Source: Eukaryota sp. TZLM1-RC (lineage: Eukaryota; Protista; Metamonada: BaSk clade). Taken from it: a stretch of DNA of 64,000 bases. This document shows positions 23,140 to 35,942 of the stretch, in pieces. Location of the stretch: assembly GCA_040285825.1 (NCBI GenBank), contig JAUPSS010000001.1:1116001-1180000 (forward strand), written 5' to 3'. The position numbers and the translations under genes were made by a program. The notes under the pieces are model-generated. The model was not told where the DNA came from, did no database searches, and saw nothing but the letters and a program-made list of their open reading frames with translations. The stretch's first letter is position 1. Each line of letters starts with the position of its first letter.

Positions 23140-24701
23140 AGAATTCTGCCAGATGCGGGAAATAGTAACCAGATTGCTGCTGAAGTTGTATTTAAATGTA
23201 AGGCAAGTCTATTAAGGAAGTTTGCTGTGAAGTTCTCCTCCTAGTGGCTCTCAGTCATTCTTTACTGATGAACTTAGTTTATAATATACCATTTAATAAA
23301 GAGACAACCTAAATATACAAAACTCAAACACGACAATTTTTGTCGTGAGACATTTGGAAATGGAAGTATCCAATGGGAAAACGCCATTGTGTCCCAATGT
23401 GGAGTTTGCCAGAAATCATCGAATATTCCGAACAAATTGCCTACCAACACAGGCTCTCTGGGATCATCAGTACCATTCGAGCGGCTGCATCTGGATTGCA
23501 TTACACTACCCAAAGACGCAAAAGGTTTCAAATACATCTTTGTGATTGTTGACGGGCTTTCCAAGTTCACGTTATCAACCCCATTTATAAAAACTCTCAG
23601 CCGAATCAACTTGTGAAGTTCTGCTGTCGAAGGTCTTTAACTTATTTGGACTGCCATTGCACATTCAATTCAGATGGGGGAAGAGAATTTGTCAACAACC
23701 TAGTAAGAGACCTCCTCTTAAAGCTCAACATCAAGCACACCTTTTCCTTTCCCCACCATAGCCCCTCAAACGGACTTGTAGAACGAGTCAACCAGCGAAT
23801 AGTAAAACTTATTCGCAAACTGAGTACTGATGCCGCCAACCACACAGATTGGAGTGACAAGATCCCTCTAATTCAACTCATTTTTAGCTCTGAGGTTTCA
23901 TCATCTACTAAACTGGCACATTATACTTTATTGTTTGGTCGGCATACTAAACCCAGACGCAACTTATTCGATGTCCTACAATATGATGACCAATCTTCAA
24001 TCCAGACTCCAAATTCACACTCCTTTGTCAACAACATATCCAAGGAAACTCTTAAGCTTAAATCTGAAGCGAGCTCTCGAAGAAGGAACACTCTTGATGC
24101 CAATCCAAGCTACTTCGAAGTTAACGACCTTGTGCTCTTAGACGACGCCCCTAATAAACTACTCAACCTTCTGGGCCCATTCCAAGTAATCAAAAAACTT
24201 GGTAGTTCTGGCTATGAGATCAAATCCATAGTTGCAGACCAGAAAAGAACAGTGTCAGCTAACGCCTTATACCCTTTTTCTCCCAATAACCTTGATGAAA
24301 ATCAAAGAGACTTGCCGCTTCTGACTATGACCAACATCTTGTCAATCAGATCGTCATTCATGATTCTGAAAACCAATGATTTCTGCTAAGGTTCTCGAAC
24401 GGAGTAGAAGCGTGGCAGACTCTAGATAACTTAAGAGACGGTAGCAAAATCAACTCTCGGTTACAAGATTATTGCACTATACATGAACTGAGTCTGATTC
24501 CCAGAAAAAGAAGAAGAGAGAAGAAGCTATGTCAGGTCAATAACGAATTGCAATTATGACCTATGAGTATGTAGTTTTGTGTACTTCTTGGGAATAAATT
24601 ACTTTTCACACTCGTTTTACGCGTAGAAGCAACACTTTTAAGATTCTTTTCAACTTCTCCAAAACCATCTTTACGAAGTGTAATTTTCGTTATCTACAAC
24701 A
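23140..24701 (+). mobile_element. Ty3/Gypsy 3' fragment: integrase, PPT and putative 3' LTR
   Basis: CGVCQK, PFERLHLDCI, IVDGLSKF, SDGGREF, SNGLVERVN, GPFQV; PPT AGAAAAAGAAGAAGAGAGAAG followed by TGTCAGG at 24530; LTR end (…CAACA, 24701) is tentative. Confidence 0.8.
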
Positions 24702-25744
24702 GCAAAAACAAGAAGAAATGTTTGACCATCCGAATTTATGACTGTAGCCACCAACAACACAGCAAGATATTGGGTCTCGATTTGGCAGCCATCCAACCCC
24801 AACACAGGTTTTACATGCTAAAACCCTTTAATTGAAGTCTCAAGTGCAAAGAAGCATTTGTCAAGATGTCGTTTCGCGTCAAAGATGAAAAAGGCTGCGC
24901 TTCCTTCCATTTTTTTTCATTTATTAGAGCAAAATATGCTAATAAAAGTGTATAAGATGATTCTTTGTCGCCAAATACCTAGTGTTGTGCAGGCTGAATA
25001 GTTCTTGCTGCAGAAGTATCATTATTGATAACGGAACTTTTCCGTGCCAAGTACCTCAGGGAAAGTGGTGCCTCAACCTTCGTCCACATCTGAAGAAAAT
25101 ACTTGATGGTTCTGTACAGATTAACCCTTTTTTTATTTATTTAATTTATTTATTTTATTTATTTTATTTTGCTAATAATTTAGAAATATTTTTATATCTA
25201 AATATATGTAAATATTTACTATCCACTGTAGCTTTTCACCACAAAATGTACTCACGTGTCCTTTTTGTGGATATCGATTCATTTGAAGACAAATTTAAAC
25301 TTTAAGTAAACAACAGTTACATCCAGACAGCATTCACCAATTTTGGAACTCTCCCAAACAAATTCACTTTCTCAAACACAATTAACTCACGGACCCTCTC
25401 CCATTTCTACAACCCTTTGTGTCACATAGAACTGGTAGCAAACAAGTCTTGTGCCCGCTCGTACTTGATGTTATGGTTGATCACAAGTACCTCGGCTTTG
25501 AATGATGCAAAAAACATCAGTCAGTATATCAGAATAAGAATAAAATGGGTGTTCAAATTACTAGAATTAAGTTGAGATTGCAATTACGTATGCAAGCAAA
25601 ACATTATAGAAAACAAAATTAAGATAAAACTCAACAACACTATAATTTAAGTCTCTTGCTCTGCAGGAATCCAATCTCTTATTTCAGTAATGATGTTCTC
25701 GGTAAACATCTACAATCTGCCGTGTGCAATGTACGAACACTTAA

Positions 25745-27225
25745 TTCTTGTTGTGTAAGAACTTAAGCTCAACATTCGTATAAGTGAAACAAGTGAATAC
25801 AGGCACTGTTTCCTGATACATTTCCTCAGTAAAAGCAGTAATTTCGGATTCAAGTTGCAAAATACAGATTTTTTCACAATTTTGCCAAACAACCAATAAT
25901 TGGAACAAAAATGTGAAAGACTATGCTGAAATGTTTCAGTGGAAAGAAAATTGCTTCTATCAATTTTATATTCTCCAGTTGTTTCCCTAAAAGTGTGTTC
26001 AGTTCCTCGGTCAAAGAACAAATGATAGCATCCATAAGGAGTTGGTGTATAATCAACTTCAAACAGTTGAAAACTGAATGATTAATGATTAATGATTAAT
26101 GAGTCGTTTATGTATTTATGGGACTCTAACTCAAGAGTACTACTCTCAATATTTTGTCGAGACTCTGAAATATGAGAATAAACGATATTTTAATTTTATT
26201 TTATATTTTAATTTAGATATTTTAATTTAAACGAAATTTACTTGAAATATCTCTCTTTCTTAAGATTAAGATCAAATGAATCAATGCAACATATCTAATG
26301 ATACAGTAAATAATGTCACAACAAATAATAAATTATTTTGAACAAACAAATAGTTATTGACTAAAATGAAAAACAAATATTCTTTGAAAAAATCATGAAA
26401 ATCAAACTAAAGCAATAGAAAATAAATCAGGCTATGAGCAATGATGAACCACAATGAATGATACCTATATTGGAGAAAAGAATAACTGGAACAACTACGT
26501 AAACTCAAAGTAGCAAAGAAAACACAGAAAAACAAAGAAAACATCACAAATTCTATATAGAACAAACAATAAATAAAACAAAAATGACAGGAAAACAGTA
26601 AATGAAATAATATAAGAAAGGAAAATAATCAACAGGAAAAGTAGAACAAAACCAAAAATTATATAAACTAAATTAGAAGATTAAACAACTCCAACCCGAA
26701 CCCTAATATAATCTTATTACACCTTATTCAGGATAGGGTGATGGTGTAATAACAACTTTGATTGTTCTTTCATGGCTTGTGACCATTCGACTTTACTTGC
26801 AAATGACGTGAAGAATAGAGAAACATAAATTGAACTCGATCTCGTTCTGATTGAGACAGCTGTGTCCATAGATGTGCAAGAAACGGAACGATTATTGAAG
26901 GAATCAGAAGAGAAGTGGAGTTTGTCTATATGGAAAGGTGAATAAAGAAGACGAAACATATGAACAGAAAAAGAAAGTCATGGCAATATGTAGGGGTATT
27001 TCCAACAATGACATACGATCATTCTGATTTGTAGGGGATGTATAGCTGGTGTATAGAGATGACTAAATGAGAAATTCTGCTCAAGAGAAATTTACCATCC
27101 TCTGCAGAAAACTACATCACAACCTTCAAACAATGCAATACTGACTTTGATGAGACCGACTGTAGTAATCAAGATGATGTACTACCAATGCACTTTAGTC
27201 CTTTGATCACTCCAATGACATGTGG
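25745..27225. repeat. ~1.5 kb dispersed repeat, copy 1 (copy 2 at 53088-54585)
   Basis: Near-identical by eye over the whole length; the ORF track shows the same short peptides at both loci; short diverged piece also near 13625-13725. Confidence 0.9.
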
Positions 27226-27482
27226 AAGTTTGGATCAATGGAAGTTTGGATCAATCTTAACCCTTTATAATCACCTTTACTTTACATTTCACTCTTATTT
27301 GGAGATTTTTTACTACTGTTATTTGGTTGAATTATTTTCACATTTTAATTTCCAAAACTTTATTTCCAGGCATTAATTCCGATAAATCTCTTTTTATTTC
27401 AAATTTCTTTTACGTGTTTTTTTACTTATTTTTTGGTTTTGAATCTGTTCAATACATTGACACATGATCTTAAGCAACAACG

Positions 27483-27505
27483 TTAGGTTTAGGGTTAGGG
27501 TTAAG
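27483..27505 (+). repeat. Short interstitial telomere-like tract
   Basis: TTAGGTTTAGGGTTAGGGTTAAG. Confidence 0.4.
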
Positions 27506-27869
27506 TTTTTTTCAATTTTAAGACAAAGAAATTTTCATAAATACAATTTTCGTAAAAAAGAGATGGTTGCCATCCAACATAATCTAAGACAGTAGTTTGT
27601 CTGGTGGTTGTTTGACACGATTTTTCCCGTTAAATTAATTTCCATCCAGGGTAAAAGGAGAAACAACAACAAAGATGTTGTGGTTGTTGCAGCTGATACC
27701 CTAGGTTGAAACATCCGAAGATTTCACGTTATAACGTGGCATTTGTTCAAGAACATGCATCTTGATTAATAAATGCTCTTTCTTCTGTCTTTTACTTCTT
27801 TGGTATTTTTTTTGTTCTTTTACAATTGAAATTTATTTTCAACGCTAAAAAATATTAAACAAAAAACTA

Positions 27870-30330
27870 GAACTCAATATCCTCAATACACGCATCAACA
27901 TCATCAAATGTTTTCAGCGCGCGATTTTCATGCTCTATTCCTAATTGTAACCGTGCTTTGGTCAACATTTCTGGAATTGCTTTAAGAATACCAAAAACAA
28001 TTCTATTGTCCAGAAATTGAAGTTCAATTCATTTCCTGCTCTTTCTTTTATTAAACTTCTGAAACCTTCAAGAAATTTAATGCCAGATATTCCAATGTTA
28101 CCAAAAAGAGAAACAGCAAATGGATCCAACTGATACTTAACAAGCTCAACACGTCCTAGCTGAGATAAGGGTTCATTGTACTTTTTGATTTTGCTCTTTT
28201 CAGCAAAGCAAAGTGGAGTTTCATCTCTTTTAGCAAAATCAATTGCTGAGTTTTTACAAACATCAACAGTAACAACATCAACAACTTTAATAACACCATC
28301 AGACGTAGGGGTAATTAAATCAGCACGGCGTTTCCCAAAAGTATTTTCATCTTCATTTTGAGATGACAACCTTGGCACAAGTGGTTCAACAAAAGCTTCA
28401 ATGTGATGACTTTTGCACATAGCGTATAGTTGGTCTCTAACAGCATCGTGAAGAACTGAGCGATATGTTATATTAAATTTGCAATTAAATCAATGATTCA
28501 GATTAATGAGCTGACCACAACGACAAATCAAATCATTTGGCACACTACATGGCCACAGAAAACATCTCATCCTGAATGCAGTTGTCCATTGATGATCATT
28601 TAATAATAGACCATACACAGTTGGAAATATTTAGAGAAAGTTCAATTTGATAATATCGCTGTTGAACAATTTTAGCAATTGTTCTCAATGAATCAATTGG
28701 ACCAATTATTGAAATGTCATCCATATAGGCAGTTATATGAACATCTGGAAATTCTTGTTTTAATTCACACATTAAAGGATGGATAGCAAGGTAGAAAAAG
28801 AAAGGACCTAATGGATCACCTTGTTTGACACCAGATAATGATATTAGATTGAATTCCTCATATACAAGAGTCGACTGTTAGCCATAAAAATTGTAGAAGA
28901 ACAACTCAGCTTCTAGGAAATGAGTTTGATGCAAAGGCAAGATGGACGACCTTTTCACTGCATTAAAAGCACATTCAAAAGGTTATTTTAAAATAGAATT
29001 TGAATTACTTGAATTTAAGAAACATCAAAGGCAGGGCCGCAGTAGAAGCTCCATCAACTGTTTTAATACCAAATTAAGAAGAACTGAAATTATTTTAGCT
29101 TTTTTACGAATCCTACCAAACACAGCTGAAGCAAGAATACGAAATAATAATTCACCAATTACAATTGGTCTTATTTTCGAATCATTCTTTTTTATTGCAA
29201 TCAACCATGGTCACTTCAGAGGGTAGCTTCATCTTCAAGGTTGAAATTTTATGGACAAATGAGACCAAATCATGATTGTTTTCAGGACATTGGTTCATCG
29301 ATAATTTCAACATTTCAAAAGTCAAAAGTCATCATTGAAGGTCCAGCTGCTTTCCCAAAGGGTAAATTGTTAATTAATTCAGATTTTCTCATCAACGGTT
29401 AGGGGATTTTGGTCCGAATAATTGACATTATCAGGTTTGGGACACTTGATGTCTTCAATTTTCAAACAGACGGAGGTTATTAAGCTGAGCAACAGTGTTG
29501 CTATTACATTCAGCAAGTTCTGATGAAGATAGGCATTGTTTAGCGAGCCAATACGACCTTTAAAGCTAATTTGCGAACAATTTTGTCTTTTTTCATAAAA
29601 GTACGGCGAAATTTGGAGTTGGAAGACAATACTGTTTTAGCTTTAAGCAAAAAAATTTCCATAACCGTGTGATATCCCATATTCCTTTATTATTAAATTA
29701 AATTATTAGTAAATTTCCAGAAGCAAATTGAAAAGGAAGATAGAAGATAGAGGAGTTACCTGTGATGTAACACGTATAATATTTTGAACAATCTACAGCT
29801 TTACAAGATTCACAAAAACGTAATGGTCGGTTAGAAGGATTAACTCTTAAATTTTGTGTGCAAAAATTGCAATTATTTTTTGGAGAATCAGTGGACGAAT
29901 TCACATGTATAAGAAGGAACTTTTCGAGATTAATAAGCATGTGTTCTTCAACGACCCTGAAAAGGCCAAGTCAATTACAAAGTTCTTCAAGAGTTTGAAA
30001 AAATTTCCACACATGCGTCTGGAAACAATAATTGTTTTAGTCTCGATTCTGATGATCAAGAGATACAGAGTCATAACCACCTCATCATTGGTGGGCAACA
30101 CATGGGCAAAAGTCCCCCCATCTGTCCATTGTAGCCCAGAAAGTGATCAAAAAAGTGCAACGGGATTTGCGTAAAAACAGAGCCGTGTTGGTGAGCTCTT
30201 TGGTCAAAATTTTGAGGACAACACAACCAAGGATCAAACTATCATTAGTTTTCAACACATGAATTCTTACTGGAACCTGTGGATAGCCAGCAAAAGATCC
30301 CAGTTCCAAGTACAGCGTTCCTGAAACAAT
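27870..30330 (-). mobile_element. Decayed, near full-length CRE-clade non-LTR retrotransposon (third subfamily)
   Basis: Minus strand has IRPIVIGE, GVKQGDPLGPFLF, AYMDD (RT), a C.C...H...C knuckle, and EPL...RRADL...VVDVVTVD...AEKSKIKKY (RLE); Cys-rich N-terminal region near 29700-29940. Confidence 0.8.
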
Positions 30331-30363
30331 GAACTGGCTGGTGATAGCTTATTATTGACCTAG

Positions 30364-31959
30364 GTGAATATTTACAGCGATAATAATCTGTTTAATTCAC
30401 GTCGAGGTGTTTTAATTGCTCCTTTTGTTGATTTCTCTCAAGTTGAAACCTTCGCTTTTATTTATCGTGATGATGTTTTACCTAGTGCTAATGGTCATTT
30501 TAACAAGGCTGAAGATCGTAAAAGAAATAAATCAACTGGGATATTGAATGATTTAAATAAGAATCTTTACTCAAAGTTTGTTCCTTTTGCCTTTTCGATT
30601 TTTGGCAACATTGGACAGTTCGCCTTGGGTTTTATCAATGATTTTGGTAATTTGTGTCGTTCAAGTGGTAAGAAGTTTGCAGGGAATTTATGGAAGAATC
30701 GTATCATTTTCGCTTTGTACAGAAGTGTTCCCAAATAATTTTGTTTTGATTTAATTTGATTCTGCGTAGAAAATGAATATTTTTGTTAAAATTACAGTAA
30801 CAATTTCTCACAAAAGGAAATTTTTGCGAATAACATGCAAAATTAAGATCCACAACAACACAAAATACCCAATCTTAAGAATCACGCTCATTGATCAAGC
30901 ACGATGCAGACCAAAGAAAGCAAAAGAAAAGAAAAACATGCCAGAACTGCACTAGTTTATTATTATCTCAGCAACCAAGGTCATTTGGTCTGCACTTAAC
31001 AAATGAAGCTTGAAAACAAAACATGTAGTTGAGATTAGAGTTGTGTCCAAGTGGTCTTTTGGGCAATTCTGTTTGTATTTGTAATGAAAAACATACTACC
31101 AATTTCCGTCATATTGTTAGTTGTAAGAAATTCCTTTAATATCGGTCAGTTCTTCATAATGCCGTTCGTGATGTGACATATGAGATGTTCAAGTGTTTAA
31201 ATTTTAGGTGCAAAGTAGAAACGTTGTTGAAGCATTATAGCGATAATAATCTGTTGAATTCACGTCGAGGTGTTCTAATTGCTCCTTTTGTGGATTCCTC
31301 TCAAGTTGTTGTTGATTTTACTAGAGTTGATCCCTTTGCTTTTATTTATCGTGATGATGTTTTTTTTTAGTGAAGACCGAAAAAGAGGTAAATAGACTGC
31401 AATATTAAATGATTTAAATAAGAATCTTTACTCGAAGTTTTCGTTTATTCTTTTTGCCTTTTCGATCTTTGGCAACATTCGACAGTTCGCCTTGAATTTT
31501 ATCAATGATTTTGATAATTTATGTCGTTCAAGTGGTAACAATTTTGCAGGAAATTTATGAAAGAATCGTATCATTTTCGCTTTGTATAGAAGTGTTCCCA
31601 AATAATTTTGTTTCATGTGTGTTTTAGTTTGTTTTGTTTTGATTTGATTCTGCGTAGAAAATCAATATTGTTGTTAAAATCACAGTAACAATTTCTCACA
31701 AAAGGAAATTTTTGCGAATAACATGCAAAATCAAGATCCACCAAAACCTAAAATGCCCAATCTTCAGAATCACCCTCATTGATCAAGCACCATGCAATCA
31801 GACCAAAAAAACAAAAGACAAAAAGAAAAGAAAAGAAAAGAAAAACAAGCCAGAAGTGCACTAGTTTTATATCTCAGCAACCAAGGCTATTTGGTCTTCA
31901 CTTAACAAATGAAGCATGGAAACAAAACATGCCGTTGAGATTGGGGCTGTATCCAAGTG
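30364..31959 (+). mobile_element. Head-to-tail degenerate RLE 3' fragments with A-rich linkers
   Basis: Two copies of the RLE end plus 3' segment, each followed by a (CAAAA/GAAAA)n tract and GCCAGAA(C/G)TGCAC. Confidence 0.85.
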
Positions 31960-32812
31960 TTTTTCCTGGGCAATTCTGTTTGTATTTGTAATGAAAAACC
32001 TACTACCAATTTCCGTCATATTGTTAGTTGTAAGAAATTCCTTCAATATCGGTCAGTTCTTCATAATGCCGTTCGTGGTGTGACATATGAGATGTTCAAG
32101 TGTTACAATTTGAGGTGCAAAGTAGAACCGTTGTTGAAGCATTATAGCAATAATAATCTGTTTAATTCACGTCGAGGTGATTTAATTGTTCCTTTTGTGG
32201 ATTCCTCTCAAGTTGTTGTTGATTTTGCTACAGTTGATCCCTTTGCTTTTGTTTATCGCGATGATGTTTTACCTAGTGCTAATGGTCATTTAAACAAGGC
32301 TGAAGATCGTAACAGAGATTAATATACTGGGATATTAAATGATTTAAATAAGAATCTTTACTCAAAGTTTTCGTTTGTTCTCTTTGCCTTTTCGATTTTT
32401 GTCAACATTGGACAGTTCGCCTTGGATTTTAATCAATTTGGTAATTTATGTCGTTTAGGTGGTAAGAAGTTTGCAGGGAATTTATGTAAGAATCGTATAA
32501 TTTTCGCAGGGAATTTATGTAAGAATCGTATAATTTTCGCTTTGTACAGAAGTGTTCCCGAGTACTTGAGTTTAATGATGTCCAAGCTATATAAGGATTC
32601 ATCAAGAGTTGGCGTGGAGAATTTTGTTTCTTATGTGTTTCAGTTTGTTTTGTTATGTTTTGATTCCGCGTAGAAAATCAATACTGTGAAAATTTCCGTA
32701 CCAATTTCTCACAAAAGGAAATTTTTGCGAATATCATGCAAAATCAAGATCCACAAAATCCTAAAATGCCCAATCTTCAGAATCACCCTCATTGATCAAG
32801 CACCATGCAGTC

Positions 32813-32946
32813 GGACCCGGAAAGTGGGAAAGGAAATGCTGGCTCCCACTTTGGGGTCCCCTTTTGCCAGAAGTGCACAGATGGGATTCGAACCATGTTG
32901 CCAAAGCAGAGAACGAAGTGCAAACCCACTGGACTACGATGTTGGC
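32813..32946 (-). ncRNA. tRNA-like Pol III element (A box + B box) followed by a GC-rich hairpin; SINE head or tRNA pseudogene; one copy in each of the 5 units
   Basis: Minus strand TAGTCCAGTGG (32926-32936) and GGTTCGAATCC (32884-32894), 31 nt apart; hairpin arms 32813-32829 and 32844-32859; other B boxes at 34280, 35676, 37732, 39821; cloverleaf stems are imperfect. Confidence 0.6.
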
Positions 32947-33150
32947 AAATGATGTTGTTGATTTTTCTAGTTTATATTGGGTTTTGATTTGTATTGATGT
33001 TGGACGATTTTGTAGTTGGTTTTGTGTTGATAATAAAAGTGATTGAAATGTGTTTATTAAACGGAAATTTGAAGAGAAGGACGATTAGATGCTACTTGTC
33101 GAAGTTTGGATTTAGTTGGATTGCTAATGTCGTTGGACTCAAGATCCAAT

Positions 33151-33355
33151 TCAGTCAGACTCAAGATCCAATTCAGTCAGAGTGGAATTGCTCTCCAGAG
33201 CACGGGCGAGAGCACTAGCGCCTTCAGAGGTAATGTTGTTGGACCGAAGATACAATTCAGTCAGAGTGGAATTGCTCTCCAGAGCACGGGCGAGAGCACT
33301 AGCGCCTTCAGAGGTAATGTTGTTGGACCGAAGATACAATGTAGTCAGAGTGGAG
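33151..33355 (-). pseudogene. LRR cassette 1 (2 full modules + terminal module)
   Basis: Matches the 3' end of 40088-42913; no kinase N-terminus. Confidence 0.9.
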
Positions 33356-34546
33356 TTTTTCCTGGGCAATTCTGTTTGTATTTGTAATGAAAAACCTACT
33401 ACCAATTTCCGTCATATTGTTAGTTGTAAGAAATTCCTTCAATATCGGTCAGTTCTTCATAATGCCGTTCGTGGTGTGACATATGAGATGTTCAAGTGTT
33501 ACAATTTGAGGTGCAAAGTAGAACCGTTGTTGAAGCATTATATCAATAATAATCTGTTTAATTCACGTCGAGGTGATTTAATTGTTCCTTTTGTGGATTC
33601 CTCTCAAGTTGTTGTTGATTTTGCTACAGTTGATCCCTTTGCTTTTGTTTATCGCGATGATGTTTTACCTAGTGCTAATGGTCATTTAAACAAGGCTGAA
33701 GATCGTAACAGAGATTAATATACTGGGATATTAAATGATTTAAATAAGAATCTTTACTCAAAGTTTTCGTTTGTTCTCTTTGCCTTTTCGATTTTTGTCA
33801 ACATTGGACAGTTCGCCTTGGATTTTAATCAATTTGGTAATTTATGTCGTTTAGGTGGTAAGAAGTTTGCAGGGAATTTATGTAAGAATCGTATAATTTT
33901 CGCAGGGAATTTATGTAAGAATCGTATAATTTTCGCTTTGTACAGAAGTGTTCCCGAGTACTTGAGTTTAATGATGTCCAAGCTATATAAGGATTCATCA
34001 AGAGTTGGCGTGGAGAATTTTGTTTCTTATGTGTTTCAGTTTGTTTTGTTATGTTTTGATTCCGCGTAGAAAATCAATACTGTGAAAATTTCCGTACCAA
34101 TTTCTCACAAAAGGAAATTTTTGCGAATATCATGCAAAATCAAGATCCACAAAATCCTAAAATGCCCAATCTTCAGAATCACCCTCATTGATCAAGCACC
34201 ATGCAGTCGGACCCGGAAAGTGGGAAAGGAAATGCTGGCTCCCACTTTGGGGTCCCCTTTTGCCAGAAGTGCACAGATGGGATTCGAACCATGTTGCCAA
34301 AGCAGAGAACGAAGTGCAAACCCACTGGACTACGATGTTGGCAAATGATGTTGTTGATTTTTCTAGTTTATATTGGGTTTTGATTTGTATTGATGTTGGA
34401 CGATTTTGTAGTTGGTTTTGTGTTGATAATAAAAGTGATTGAAATGTGTTTATTAAACGGAAATTTGAAGAGAAGGACGATTAGATGCTACTTGTCGAAG
34501 TTTGGATTTAGTTGGATTGCTAATGTCGTTGGACTCAAGATCCAAT

Positions 34547-34751
34547 TCAGTCAGACTCAAGATCCAATTCAGTCAGAGTGGAATTGCTCTCCAGAGCACG
34601 GGCGAGAGCACTAGCGCCTTCAGAGGTAATGTTGTTGGACCGAAGATACAATTCAGTCAGAGTGGAATTGCTCTCCAGAGCACGGGCGAGAGCACTAGCG
34701 CCTTCAGAGGTAATGTTGTTGGACCGAAGATACAATGTAGTCAGAGTGGAG
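34547..34751 (-). pseudogene. LRR cassette 2 (2 full modules + terminal module)
   Basis: Same as cassette 1. Confidence 0.9.
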
Positions 34752-35942
34752 TTTTTCCTGGGCAATTCTGTTTGTATTTGTAATGAAAAACCTACTACCA
34801 ATTTCCGTCATATTGTTAGTTGTAAGAAATTCCTTCAATATCGGTCAGTTCTTCATAATGCCGTTCGTGGTGTGACATATGAGATGTTCAAGTGTTACAA
34901 TTTGAGGTGCAAAGTAGAACCGTTGTTGAAGCATTATATCAATAATAATCTGTTTAATTCACGTCGAGGTGATTTAATTGTTCCTTTTGTGGATTCCTCT
35001 CAAGTTGTTGTTGATTTTGCTACAGTTGATCCCTTTGCTTTTGTTTATCGCGATGATGTTTTACCTAGTGCTAATGGTCATTTAAACAAGGCTGAAGATC
35101 GTAACAGAGATTAATATACTGGGATATTAAATGATTTAAATAAGAATCTTTTCTCAAAGTTTTCGTTTGTTCTCTTTGCCTTTTCGATTTTTGTCAACAT
35201 TGGACAGTTCGCCTTGGATTTTAATTAATTTGGTAATTTATGTCGTTTAGGTGGTAAGAAGTTTGCAGGGAATTTATGTAAGAATCGTATAATTTTCGCA
35301 GGGAATTTATGTAAGAATCGTATAATTTTCGCTTTGTACAGAAGTGTTCCCGAGTACTTGAGTTTAATGATGTCCAAGCTATATAAGGATTCATCAAGAG
35401 TTGGCGTGGAGAATTTTGTTTCTTATGTGTTTCAGTTTGTTTTGTTATGTTTTTGATTCCGCGTAGAAAATCAATACTGTGAAAATTTCCGTACCAATTT
35501 CTCACAAAAGGAAATTTTTGCGAATATCATGCAAAATCAAGATCCACAAAATCCTAAAATGCCCAATCTTCAGAATCACCCTCATTGATCAAGCACCATG
35601 CAGTCGGACCCGGAAAGTGGGAAAGGAAATGCTGGCTCCCACTTTGGGGTCCCCTTTACCAGAAGTGCACAGATGGGATTCGAACCATGTTGCCAAAGCA
35701 GAGAACGAAGTGCAAACCCACTGGACTACGATGTTGGCAAATGATGCTGTTGATTTTTCTAGTTTATATTGGGTTTTGATTTGTATTGATGTTGGACGAT
35801 TTTGTAGTTGGTTTTGTGTTGATAATAAAAGTGACTGAAATTTGTTTATTAAACGGAAATTTGAAGAGAAGGACGATTAGATGCTACTTGTCGAAGTTTG
35901 GATTTAGTTGGATTGCTAATGTCGTTGGACTCAAGATCCAAT

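Noticed and set aside
27483-27505. True chromosome end or telomere fusion
   Set aside because: Only two exact TTAGGG units, with ordinary sequence on both sides
32866-32946. Functional tRNA gene
   Set aside because: A and B boxes are present but acceptor and anticodon stems do not pair properly; reported as tRNA-like only
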